Positions 18,440 to 27,560 of a stretch of DNA of 64,000 nt are shown here, one piece after another; positions within the stretch are counted from its first letter, which is position 1; each line of letters starts with the position of its first letter. Position numbers and translations under genes: made by a program. This DNA comes from an uncultured Solirubrobacterales bacterium (GTDB lineage: Bacteria > Actinomycetota > Thermoleophilia > Solirubrobacterales > Solirubrobacteraceae), in contig CAWFHW010000009.1 in assembly GCA_963815725.1 (NCBI GenBank), positions 103,256-167,255 of the forward strand. The letters run 5' to 3'. The notes under the pieces are model-generated. The model was not told where the DNA came from. It made no database searches and saw nothing but the letters and a program-made list of their open reading frames with translations.

Positions 18440-21400
18440 GTGTCTGAAGCGAGCCAGCCGGGGCCGGCGATCGCGCGCGAAAGGCGGGTCGCGACACCGG
18501 TGAGCGTGCTGGTGGTGGCGGTGTTGGGCACGTTCATGGCGTTCGTGGACGCGACGATCGTGAACATCGCGATCCCGAACATCGCGGCGCACTTCGAGCC
18601 GGCGCCGCTGTCGAGCGTGTCGTGGGTTTTGAACGCTTACAACATCGTGTTCGCGGCGTTCCTGGTCGGCGGCGGCCAGCTGGCGGATCTGATCGGGCGC
18701 AGGAAGGTGTTCACGGGCGCGCTGAGCCTGTTCACGATCGCCTCGGCCGCCTGTGCCGTGGCCCCGACGCTGGGCTTCTTGGTCGGCGCGCGGGCCGTGC
18801 AAGCGGCGGGCGCGGCGGCGTTGGTGCCCAGCTCGCTGGCGATCGTTCTGGAGTCGAGGGCTGAGGGCGAGCGCCAGCACGCTGTCGCGCTGTGGGCGGC
18901 GGTCGCGGCTTTGGCCGCCGGGATCGGACCGCCGCTGGGGGGCCTCTTGATCACGGCCTCGAGCTGGAGGTTGGTCTTCTTGGTGAACATCCCGGTCGGC
19001 TTGGCGGCCTTGGCTTTGACAAGGAGGGTGGTCGTCGAGAGCAGGGCGCCGGGGCGGCGGCAGATGCCGGACCTGGTCGGCAGCCTGGTGCTTGCGGTGG
19101 CGATCGCGGCGCTGGTATCGGGGATAGTGAAGGGGCCGGAATGGGGCTGGACCAGCGTGCGCGTGGTGAGCGCGTTCGCGGCCGCCGTCCTGCTGGGGGC
19201 CTATTTCGTGATCAGGTCGAAGGACAAGCGCAATCCGGTGATCGATTTGGCGCTGTTGAAGATCAGAGCATTCACGGTGTCGAACACCGCCACGACCGTG
19301 ATGGCGACCGGTTTTTATGGATACACACTGTGCAACGTTCTGTTTTTGACGTCCGTTTGGAGGTACTCGGTGTTGACGGCCGGCTTGGCGCTGACACCGG
19401 GGCCGATCACGGCGATGGCGGTCGCGGGTCCGGCCAGCAGGCTGGTCGAAAGGGTCGGCCATCGGTTCGTCCTCGTGCCGGGCGCGCTGGTGTGGGCTGG
19501 CGGGATGGCCTGGTTCGTGTCGGCGCTCGGCGTCGAAGCGGACTTCTTGGGCGGCTGGCTGCCCGGGATGATCGTGTTGGGCGTGGGCGCCGGGCTGACG
19601 TTCCCGACGCTGAGCGGGGCGGCGGTCGGCTCGATGCCGGGGCCGAAGTTCGCGGTGGCGACGTCTTTGAACTCGGTCGCCAGACAGCTCGGCGCGGCGC
19701 TCGGAGTGGCGGTCCTGATCGCGATCATCGGTGAGCCGTCGCCGGCGGGCGCCTTGGCGGCGTTCGAGAACGGCTGGACGTTTGCGGGTGTCTGCTTCGT
19801 GGCGGGCTCGGTTCTGTGCTTGGGCCTCACGATCCCGAGGCGAGCTGGTGCTGGCCTTTCGAACGGGCCCGCGACAGACGACCTCCAGATCAGCCCGTAC
19901 GCGCGCGCGCGTACAGCCCCGATCGAGAGCGACGAACTGCCGAGCCTGGCCGATGCCGGCGGCGAGCGGGCCGACTCGAAAGAGCAGACGTTGGCCGAAG
20001 CGCTGCGCGGAGCGCCTTTGTTTGCGGGCCTGAGCGATGACCTGCTCGAGAGGGTGGCAAGCCTGGCGAGCGAGGTCGAAGTGGGCAGCGGCGAGTGGCT
20101 GTTCAGGGAGGGCGACGAGGCCGATGCGGTATACGTCGTGAGGGTCGGCCAGCTGGAGGTCTTGCAGAGTGGCGACGACGGCGAAGAGCAGATCAACACG
20201 TTGGGCAAGGGCGCCGTCGTCGGCGAGCTGGCTTTGCTGAACGACTCGGTAAGGAGCGCGTCGATAAGGGCGCTGAGGGGAACCGAGCTGCTGCGGATCG
20301 AGAAGAGGCCGTTCCAGGCGCTCTTGAGGAGCGAGCGGGAGCTGGCGATCGGCTTGACGAGAACGCTGAGCGCTCAACTGCAGGCCAGCAGAGCGATCTT
20401 GCCGGCCAAGCGTTCGAAGCCGGTGACGATCGCTTTGTACGGGCTCGACGACACGGTGCCGGCGCTCGAGATCGCGGACGGCCTGAGCAGGGAGCTGTGT
20501 AGGTGGGGCAAGGTCGCCGTCGTCTACCCGGAGGCCGGCCCTGGCGCGGGCGGCGTGGCCCGATTCGGGCCGGTCGTCGAGCGGTTGGAGCGAGAGCACG
20601 ACCAGGTCGTGATGCTGTGCGGCGGCGAGGGCGGTGGAGCGGGCTGGGACGAGTTCTGTGTGGCAAGGGCCGACCGGATCGTGGCGCTCGTGGGCGGGAA
20701 CGCTGGAGGAGACCGGTTGGTCGACGGGAGCCTGAAGGGATGCGACCTGGCGGGCTATGGCGTGGAGCCCGGCTCGGGGGCTTTGGCCGGCTGGATAGAG
20801 CGGCTGGAGCCGGCCGGCGTTTACGCGATCAGGGCGGAGCAAGGCCGGCGCGAGGAGGACCTGGCAAGGACCGCGAGGAGGCTGGCGGGCAGGGCGGTTG
20901 GCGTCGTGCTGAGCGGCGGCGGCGCGCGCGCGTTCGCGCATATCGGGGTCCTGGAGGTGCTGCTAAGCGCCGGCCTGACGGTGGACAAGGTCGGCGGTGT
21001 GAGTATGGGCTCGTTTGTGGGCGGCCTGTTGGCTTTGGGATATGACGGCGAGGAGATCGACGCGTGTTGTTATGAGGAGTGGGTAAGGAGGAACCCGATC
21101 AACGACTACACGATCCCGAGGCATAGCCTGATCAGGGGTAGGAAGGCGGAGGCCATGACCGAGCGCGTGTTCGGCGAGGTCATGATCGAGGAGCTGCCGA
21201 GGCCGTTCTACTGCGCGAGCGTGAACTTGAAGGGCAACCGTTTGGTGATCGACAGGAGCGGCCCTCTGGTGGAAGCGGTCAAGGCAAGCATGTCCTTGCC
21301 TTTGATCGGCCCGCCGCGGAGACGGCCGGACAGCGACGAGCTGCTGATCGACGGCTCGCTTCTCGACAACTTGCCGCTACAGCCGATGAGCCAGACCGGC

Positions 21401-21748
21401 GAGGGCCCGGTCTTGGCGATCGACGTCAAGGGCGGCGAGGAGCGGACCGGTGGGAGCCGAGCCCCCACCGCCCGGCGCCCGCGCCTGCCGGCCCTGCCCG
21501 AGACGATGGCGAGGATCGCGTTGCTGTCGAGCGCCAACACCGACGAGGCCGCGCGGCGGTACGCGGATCTGACGATCAGGGTGCGAGTGCCGGGGGTCGG
21601 CCTGCTCGAGTTTCACCAGATCGACGCGGCCAAGGAGGCCGGCCGCGCGGCCGCGTTGGCCGCGCTCGAAGACGCCCCGAGCTGGCTGACCGGCGGCGAG
21701 GCCGGAGCGAGCGAGCTGGCGGGGCGGCGGACTGTCGTTCGGGTGTGA
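18440..21748 (+). CDS. MFS (DHA2/EmrB-like) transporter fused to a cyclic-nucleotide-binding domain and a patatin-like phospholipase
   Basis: Start set at GTG 18440, 2 nt after the upstream stop. LGTFMAFVDATIVNIAIPNI plus about 14 TM helices. cNMP cassette VVGELALLNDSVRSASIRA. Patatin motifs LSGGGARAF, GVSMGS (GxSxG) and DGSLLDN. Confidence 0.85.
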   Translation: MSEASQPGPAIARERRVATPVSVLVVAVLGTFMAFVDATIVNIAIPNIAAHFEPAPLSSVSWVLNAYNIVFAAFLVGGGQLADLIGRRKVFTGALSLFTIASAACAVAPTLGFLVGARAVQAAGAAALVPSSLAIVLESRAEGERQHAVALWAAVAALAAGIGPPLGGLLITASSWRLVFLVNIPVGLAALALTRRVVVESRAPGRRQMPDLVGSLVLAVAIAALVSGIVKGPEWGWTSVRVVSAFAAAVLLGAYFVIRSKDKRNPVIDLALLKIRAFTVSNTATTVMATGFYGYTLCNVLFLTSVWRYSVLTAGLALTPGPITAMAVAGPASRLVERVGHRFVLVPGALVWAGGMAWFVSALGVEADFLGGWLPGMIVLGVGAGLTFPTLSGAAVGSMPGPKFAVATSLNSVARQLGAALGVAVLIAIIGEPSPAGALAAFENGWTFAGVCFVAGSVLCLGLTIPRRAGAGLSNGPATDDLQISPYARARTAPIESDELPSLADAGGERADSKEQTLAEALRGAPLFAGLSDDLLERVASLASEVEVGSGEWLFREGDEADAVYVVRVGQLEVLQSGDDGEEQINTLGKGAVVGELALLNDSVRSASIRALRGTELLRIEKRPFQALLRSERELAIGLTRTLSAQLQASRAILPAKRSKPVTIALYGLDDTVPALEIADGLSRELCRWGKVAVVYPEAGPGAGGVARFGPVVERLEREHDQVVMLCGGEGGGAGWDEFCVARADRIVALVGGNAGGDRLVDGSLKGCDLAGYGVEPGSGALAGWIERLEPAGVYAIRAEQGRREEDLARTARRLAGRAVGVVLSGGGARAFAHIGVLEVLLSAGLTVDKVGGVSMGSFVGGLLALGYDGEEIDACCYEEWVRRNPINDYTIPRHSLIRGRKAEAMTERVFGEVMIEELPRPFYCASVNLKGNRLVIDRSGPLVEAVKASMSLPLIGPPRRRPDSDELLIDGSLLDNLPLQPMSQTGEGPVLAIDVKGGEERTGGSRAPTARRPRLPALPETMARIALLSSANTDEAARRYADLTIRVRVPGVGLLEFHQIDAAKEAGRAAALAALEDAPSWLTGGEAGASELAGRRTVVRV

Positions 21749-21766
21749 GCGCGAGCGCGCGGACAG

Positions 21767-22285
21767 CTAGCGACTCGCTCTCCGACGCTCCTGTCGCCTT
21801 CGCTCTTGTCGCCTTTGTACAGAATCCGCCGTACTTGCCGAGGCGGGGCTGTCTGATTGCGCCGATCGCTCATGAAAAAGGTCGTCTGCGACACGCAGCA
21901 TTTCGACTCGTACGATCTCGATCTCTTGGGCAACCTCATCGAGGTGCTGATCGCGTTCTGTAACGAGTTTTGCGCGTGCTAGATCGGACTGAAGCATCTG
22001 CATGTCCGATCTGAGGACCTGCGCGAGTCGGGGCTGCGCCAAGCGGATCGCCCGGACCTGCACAGCCGCGCGGGTGAGCACAAGGATCACGCCGAGCACC
22101 ACAAACGCGGTTCCAGCTCCCAGATATATGGCACTCCGGGTTGCCCCGAGGCCACCGAGCAGAGCCCCGATGATCAGGCCTACGCCCATGGCCACCAGCA
22201 GTACGACTCCAAGCCTCCGCTTCGACACCTCCGCGACGAAGTCGCCCCAGCTAGGTCGCTTATCGTGAAAAACCGTACGTTCCAT
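21767..22285 (-). CDS. hypothetical membrane protein (2 TM plus a coiled-coil-like tail)
   Basis: 172-aa ORF. LGVVLLVAMGVGLIIGALLGGLG and AIYLGAGTAFVVLGVILVL helices, then a charged helical tail ending RRQERRRQERRR. Lies in a visibly less GC-rich stretch. Confidence 0.6.
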   Translation of the reverse strand: MERTVFHDKRPSWGDFVAEVSKRRLGVVLLVAMGVGLIIGALLGGLGATRSAIYLGAGTAFVVLGVILVLTRAAVQVRAIRLAQPRLAQVLRSDMQMLQSDLARAKLVTERDQHLDEVAQEIEIVRVEMLRVADDLFHERSAQSDSPASASTADSVQRRQERRRQERRRASR

Positions 22286-22303
22286 CGTCTTAGCCTAGCG
22301 CTG

Positions 22304-22513
22304 TTAGCCTGCCACGAGGATACCGATGTACATACCTACGCCCGCAGCCCCGAAGACAGCCCCCAGCAACTTCGTCCAATCCGAGCCGAGCCCCTCGGGC
22401 ATGGGTGTTTCCAACACGTCGAGCCAGTTGCCCACAACTGCCCCGATCGCTGCCAGCAATGGGATGACGCCCGCCCACGAGATCCAGTTGGGAACTCCGA
22501 CAAGCGCGGGCAA
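22304..22513 (-). CDS. small 2-TM membrane protein
   Basis: 69-aa ORF, MPALVGVPNWISWAGVIPLLAAIGAVVGNW...GAVFGAAGVGMYIGILVAG. Ends 19 nt upstream of the next gene on the same strand. Confidence 0.5.
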   Translation of the reverse strand: MPALVGVPNWISWAGVIPLLAAIGAVVGNWLDVLETPMPEGLGSDWTKLLGAVFGAAGVGMYIGILVAG

Positions 22514-22679
22514 GGACGCAAGCCGGACCGTGCATATCTTTTGGAAGCATCTGATTTCCCTAACCTAATCGAATTGCTGACCGACCGGCTATGAGACCTA
22601 TCGGATAGCGGACGGCCGTGCGGGCATGAACGCTTGCGCGGCGAAAGCCAGCGACTCGCTCGGCCCAGGCGCTGGCCCC

Positions 22680-25600
22680 TCAGGGCGCCTTGGCCAGGTA
22701 GTGGTGCCCGACTTTGACCTCGACTTTGCGGTGATTGACGAGGTTGGTGACGGCGACCTTGTCGCGCGTGACCTTGATGTAGGTGCCGTCGCAGAGGTCC
22801 TCGGTAAGCCATTCGGTGCCCTGGACGGCCCCGGCCGCGTAGTTGCCCTTGGTCGAGAATTTGCCGTGGGCGTTGGCCCACAGTTTGCGTACGACGTGGC
22901 TGCCGGAGGCCGCGGCCTTCTGGGCGTACGGGGCGGCCACCCGCGCGGCCGACGATCCGGCCAGCGCGCCTACCCGCGCGGCGAAGGCGCCGCCGACACC
23001 GGCCTTGTGAGCACGCTCACGCGCGGTCGGGCAGACCGAGAAGTTACCGCCCGTCAGTTCGGCGATGACGAGGCCGTTGGGGCCCTGTCTGAGGATGAAC
23101 TCGCCCTGGAAGAACTGACCCGTCTGGGTACCTCCGCCGGGTAGAGCGGTCGTCACGCTGACGGTCCCGTTCGTGGCTTCGATGACCGACCCGAACGGGA
23201 TCTGCTCGAGGGTCGAGAGCGCCACGAACTTGGACGTGCCGGGGACCTTCACCTTGACCGCGCCCGACACGGGGGCCACGTTGCCGGTCTTGGCGAGGAC
23301 GGGCGGGGGGACGGCGGGAGGCGTGATCACCGGGCTGACGGGGCCCACGACGCTGGAGATTTTCGCGGCCGGGTTTTCTTTGTGCGTTTCTTCTCCACCC
23401 CTTTTGTGTTCTTCTTCTCCCGTTCCTTTTTCTTCGCCGCCGCCTTTGTGTTCTTCGGGCGGGACGACCTTGTAGCAACCCCACGCAAACGCGCTGTTCG
23501 GGTCAGTTGGGTATCCGTAGACGGTCACGCCAGGACTTTCGTGTTCGCAAGCATTGGCCATGCTGGGCGCTGGACCCGCGTTTGCGATCAGCGTTTCGAC
23601 GCCGTCAGCAGCTTCGCAGGCCCAGTTTTCGTATGCGAAGCCGGGACCTCCGACTTCTTCGCGCTCGAGTGTCACCTTCCGATATCCGAGGCCCTGACAG
23701 TAGCCTTCCAAGAAAAGGCCGCCCTGAGGGCTGGTCGAACCGTCTACGTAGGTGAATTTGTCGGCGGCGCTGACCACCGACGTCCCGTGAATCGTGTGCA
23801 CGGTAACATCGACGGCCCCGCTCCCGGGAGGGCTCGTGGCAGTGATCGTTTCGGGCGATTCGACGGAGAAGCTCGCGGCCGGCTTGGGCCCGAACGAGAC
23901 GGCCGTCGCACCGGCGAATTCGCTGCCAGTGATTGTCACCGTCGTCCCGCCCAATTGACTGCCGGCATCGGCGCCCACGCCCGCGACCGCCGGCTTGTCG
24001 GTGTAGGAGAACTCGTCCCCGGATACTTCGACCGACGTGCCGACCCCGTTTTCGACCTTAACCGCTGCCGTCCCTTCCGCTTCGGGCGGGCTGGTCGCCG
24101 TGATCGAACTCGCCGAATTGACCGTGACGCTCGGCGATTCGGTGGTGCCGAAGAAGACCTTCGCACCTTCGGCGAACCCAGAGCCCTTGATCCGGACTTC
24201 GGAGCCACCAGACGGAGATCCGTGCGCAAGAGCCACGCGCGAGACCGTAGGTTTCACGGTGCGCGCCAGTTCGACGATCGCGTGTGCCGACTGGCCGGCC
24301 ACGTAAACATTGGTACCGCCCGGACTGACCGTCAGGCGCCGTGCGTAGCTCAAGCCGGTCAGCCCGTTGGCGCTGACCGGTTCGCAGCCGGCAGCTTCCT
24401 TCGTCACGCACGGATATTCGGTGAGCTGCGTGAGTGCGCCTTCGGCGTTGCGGGCAAACGCGGCCACCGCGCTTTGGCCTTCGCTGGAGGCATACACGTT
24501 CTCGCCGTCCGGACTGACAGCGACGCCGACATCCCCGCCTGTCCCTTTGACTTCAGTGCAGCCTGTGAGCGCTTCGGTGCTAACGCACTCATTGGGCGGG
24601 GCCAACTCTTCGAGCCCGCCCGGCGCCGTGCGCTTCAGCTCGATCACGGCATTTGTGGCATCAGAGTTCGCATAGACGTTCTTGCCGTCGGGGCTGACGG
24701 CGAGGTCTTCCGAGCCTTGGAGATGCACTCCTTCCTTGCATTCAGGTAGGAGCGCTTCGCTGATGCACGCTTCTTCGCTGTGGAGTTGTTCGAGCGCGCC
24801 TTCGGCGCCGCGCGCGAACTCCGCTATGTCTCCTGTCGTTCCGCGCGTGCCCGCGGCGACGTAGACGTTCTGCCCGTCCGGGCTCACGACGATGCCTATG
24901 TCTTCTTTGAGGCCGATCGCTTTGGTTTCGCAGGGGCTGCTCGTGCCGCCAACGCATTCGTTGGGCGACGCCAGCTGGGTGAGCGTCCCCGTTTCCGGAT
25001 TGCGTGTGAACTCGGCGACGGCTTCTTCGGCGAACCCGGTCACGTACACGTTTTCCCCGCTTGGACTGATCGCGATGCCGTACGGAACGTTGAGACCCTT
25101 TACTTCGGGCGTTTCACATTCCGAGAGCACGCTTTCGTGCGTGACACAGCCAATTTTGGTGAGCAGGCCCGTTTCCTGGCTTCGGCTGAACTCGACGACG
25201 GAGTTGCTTGCGCCCTGGGTGATCACGTAAACGTTCTTTCCATCAGGGCTAACGACCAGGCCCGCGGGACTCGCGATCGCGGGCACTTCCATGTGGGCGT
25301 TTGGTTCAGCGGCTCCCGTGGCGCACGGTTCTGCGCTCGGTCCCGAGCTGAAGCAGCCGATGACCGTCAAAGCGCCGTTGGCCGAGTTGCGCGAGTACTC
25401 GATCAAATCACCGTTGACGGCGACCGAGTAGGCGTTCCTTTCGTCGGGGCTGACCTGTATCTGGTATGCGAAGCTCAGACCGAACGGCACCTGGCCAGCG
25501 CATTTCACGCCTTCGGCTTCTTCGCTTTTCAGGAGTTCTTCCGGACTCGTCGGCTCGCCGATGCATCCAAGCGGCGCGGGCTGTGTCAGCGCACCGCTTT

Positions 25601-25742
25601 CGAGTCCAGCCGCTCCCGCCCGTGCAGGCCCCGCGACCGCGACGATGGCCGACACCAGCCCTACAAGCACCGCGACCAAGGCCGAACGCCGCGCCTGCGC
25701 GCGGCGGTAGGAGATCTTGTGGTCTGGCTTTGCGGTTAGCAT
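22680..25742 (-). CDS. large secreted protein: Tat/Sec signal, YVTN-type beta-propeller repeats, two IPT/TIG domains, Cys-rich domain, charged linker, FecR-like C-terminus
   Basis: RRSALVAVLVGLVSAIVAVAGPARA signal. Six repeats of VSPDG(K/Q/E)NVY(V/A). IPT-like GSEVRIKGSGFAEGAKVFFG and GGTTVTITGSEFAGATAVSFG. Start taken at the third ATG (25742), but 25766 is also possible. Confidence 0.8.
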   Translation of the reverse strand: MLTAKPDHKISYRRAQARRSALVAVLVGLVSAIVAVAGPARAGAAGLESGALTQPAPLGCIGEPTSPEELLKSEEAEGVKCAGQVPFGLSFAYQIQVSPDERNAYSVAVNGDLIEYSRNSANGALTVIGCFSSGPSAEPCATGAAEPNAHMEVPAIASPAGLVVSPDGKNVYVITQGASNSVVEFSRSQETGLLTKIGCVTHESVLSECETPEVKGLNVPYGIAISPSGENVYVTGFAEEAVAEFTRNPETGTLTQLASPNECVGGTSSPCETKAIGLKEDIGIVVSPDGQNVYVAAGTRGTTGDIAEFARGAEGALEQLHSEEACISEALLPECKEGVHLQGSEDLAVSPDGKNVYANSDATNAVIELKRTAPGGLEELAPPNECVSTEALTGCTEVKGTGGDVGVAVSPDGENVYASSEGQSAVAAFARNAEGALTQLTEYPCVTKEAAGCEPVSANGLTGLSYARRLTVSPGGTNVYVAGQSAHAIVELARTVKPTVSRVALAHGSPSGGSEVRIKGSGFAEGAKVFFGTTESPSVTVNSASSITATSPPEAEGTAAVKVENGVGTSVEVSGDEFSYTDKPAVAGVGADAGSQLGGTTVTITGSEFAGATAVSFGPKPAASFSVESPETITATSPPGSGAVDVTVHTIHGTSVVSAADKFTYVDGSTSPQGGLFLEGYCQGLGYRKVTLEREEVGGPGFAYENWACEAADGVETLIANAGPAPSMANACEHESPGVTVYGYPTDPNSAFAWGCYKVVPPEEHKGGGEEKGTGEEEHKRGGEETHKENPAAKISSVVGPVSPVITPPAVPPPVLAKTGNVAPVSGAVKVKVPGTSKFVALSTLEQIPFGSVIEATNGTVSVTTALPGGGTQTGQFFQGEFILRQGPNGLVIAELTGGNFSVCPTARERAHKAGVGGAFAARVGALAGSSAARVAAPYAQKAAASGSHVVRKLWANAHGKFSTKGNYAAGAVQGTEWLTEDLCDGTYIKVTRDKVAVTNLVNHRKVEVKVGHHYLAKAP

Positions 25743-25784
25743 CGTCCCGGTGCTCGCGGGCATCATGACAGGACGAGGCTAAAA

Positions 25785-27560
25785 ATGGGGCGCACCGGGT
25801 GGCGCCAGCGCAAGGCGACGCTGCTGGTCGCCGTGGCCGTCCTCGCGGCCGGCATCGGCGTGCTGGGGTACGCGACGCATGTGTTGAGGCGTACCGAACT
25901 GCAGACGATCGACGCCCGGTTTTCGATCCGGGGGCCGCAGTCGCCGCCCGCGGGCGTTGTTTTGGTGGGGATCGACAACGCGACCCTCGACTACATGAGG
26001 GAACACAACCTGAACGCCGAGTACCCGTTCCATCGTCGTTACGACGCCAAGGTCATCGACCACCTGCGCGACGCCGGCGCCAAGGTGATCGCGATCGACA
26101 TCGAATTCGCCCAGGAAACGGACATCACCGACGACAACGCGCTGATCGAAGCGATCGGCCGGGCCCATGGCAAAACCGTGCTAGCGACAGCCGACGTCGG
26201 CAAGGGCGGGACGACGCCAACGCTCGGAGGAGACGAACACATCCACGAACTGGGCGCACGCACAGGCGAGGTGATCCTGCCGGAGGACTCCGACGGCGTC
26301 ACACGCCGGTTTGCGTATGCCGCCGAAGACCTTCGCAGCTTTCCGGTGGTCGCCATCGAAACGGCCACAGGACGACCGATCGCGGCCTCGCGCTTCGACG
26401 CTGGAACGCTGCCCATCGACTTCGCCGGCCCGCCCGGCACGGTGACGGAAATCCCATACTGGCGGGTGTTGACAAACACGTTCCCGGCGAGCGCTGTGCG
26501 CGGGAAGATAGTGATCGTTGGAGCCACCGCGCCGATTCTCCAGGATCTACATCGCACAGCCACCAGCGGCAACGAGGTAATGAGCGGCCCCGAAATCTGG
26601 GCCAACGCAACGAACACCCTCCAACAGGGCGTCCCCTTGACGGACGCCCCGACCTGGCTCGACATCCTCTTGATCGTCCTGCTCGGAATCGCCGCGCCGC
26701 TGAGCAGCCTGAAGCTGGCCAGGTGGCGCTCGATGCTCAACGCCGTCGCCTTGGCTGCAGTATTCACGGTTGCGATCCAGATAGCTTTCGATAACGGCTG
26801 GATCCTGACGTTCGTTTACCCTCTCCTCGCCCTCGCGGTCGGCACGCTCGGCACACTCGCCGTCCTTTACCTCGTCGAGGCGATCGAGCGTGAGCGCGTA
26901 CACGACCTCTTCTCTCGGTTCGTGCCCGCCGACGTCGTCGACCAGGTCGTCGCCAGCGCCGGCTCTGACCTGCGCCTCGGCGGGGTCGAGCTGGACTGCA
27001 CGATCCTCTTCTCGGACCTTCGCGGTTTTACAAGTTTCTCAGAGACACAACCGGCGGCCAAGGTAATCGAGGTCGTCAATTTTTATCTTAATGAGATGAC
27101 CGAGGCGATACTTGCCGCCGGGGGCACGCTGATCGCATACATGGGCGACGGGATAATGGCCGCATTCGGCGCCCCTCTTGCCCAAGACGACCATGCCGAC
27201 CGGGCTCTGCGGGCGGCCCGGGAGATGGTCGGGCCGCGCTTGGACCACTTCAACGCGTGGCTCGCCGATCAGGGTCACGCGAGTGGCTTCGCGATGGGCG
27301 TCGGCCTGAACAGCGGCCCGGTGATGGCAGGCAACGTCGGGGCCGAGCAGCGGGTCGAGTACACGACGATCGGCGACACCACCAATACCGCGTCTCGGCT
27401 GGAGGGCATGACCAAGGGTTCGGGCCACATGCTGTTTTGCGCGCAGTCCACTTACGACCGCCTCCACGACCGACCTTCGGACCTTCTGTTCGTCGGTGAG
27501 TTCGAGGTCAGGGGACGCGAAGCGAAGCTGCCGGTCTGGACGCTCGCCGGATCACCCTGA
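25785..27560 (+). CDS. CHASE2 sensor domain / class III nucleotidyl cyclase
   Basis: CHASE2-like VVLVGIDNATLD...KVIAIDIEFAQE, three or more TM helices, then cyclase motifs ILFSDLRGFTSFSE, AYMGDGIMAAFGAP and GDTTNTASRLEG. Confidence 0.85.
   Translation: MGRTGWRQRKATLLVAVAVLAAGIGVLGYATHVLRRTELQTIDARFSIRGPQSPPAGVVLVGIDNATLDYMREHNLNAEYPFHRRYDAKVIDHLRDAGAKVIAIDIEFAQETDITDDNALIEAIGRAHGKTVLATADVGKGGTTPTLGGDEHIHELGARTGEVILPEDSDGVTRRFAYAAEDLRSFPVVAIETATGRPIAASRFDAGTLPIDFAGPPGTVTEIPYWRVLTNTFPASAVRGKIVIVGATAPILQDLHRTATSGNEVMSGPEIWANATNTLQQGVPLTDAPTWLDILLIVLLGIAAPLSSLKLARWRSMLNAVALAAVFTVAIQIAFDNGWILTFVYPLLALAVGTLGTLAVLYLVEAIERERVHDLFSRFVPADVVDQVVASAGSDLRLGGVELDCTILFSDLRGFTSFSETQPAAKVIEVVNFYLNEMTEAILAAGGTLIAYMGDGIMAAFGAPLAQDDHADRALRAAREMVGPRLDHFNAWLADQGHASGFAMGVGLNSGPVMAGNVGAEQRVEYTTIGDTTNTASRLEGMTKGSGHMLFCAQSTYDRLHDRPSDLLFVGEFEVRGREAKLPVWTLAGSP

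Noticed and set aside
16230-18497. Upper part of the 864-aa minus-strand ORF 15903..18497
   Set aside because: It is R/P/A-rich sequence antisense to the well-supported PfkB kinase and aldose epimerase genes. This is the typical long shadow ORF of high-GC DNA. Only the last 108 codons (15903..16229) look like a real protein.
18137-20941. 934-aa minus-strand ORF
   Set aside because: It is antisense to the MFS-cNMP-patatin gene. Its composition is dominated by R, P, A, Q and D, with no motifs.
22647-22676. Possible intrinsic terminator after the large secreted-protein gene (GCCAGCG...CGCTGGC then TTT on the minus strand)
   Set aside because: The stem is only 7 bp with a 16-nt loop and a 3-nt T run, which is too weak to call.
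18440-27560. CBASS/Pycsar-type antiphage system (cyclase plus cNMP-activated patatin effector)
   Set aside because: The patatin protein has the housekeeping-type MFS-cNMP-NTE architecture seen in mycobacteria. The cyclase is a CHASE2 membrane sensor rather than a CD-NTase or minimal PycC. The two genes are 4 kb apart on the same strand, with an unrelated oppositely oriented gene cluster between them.
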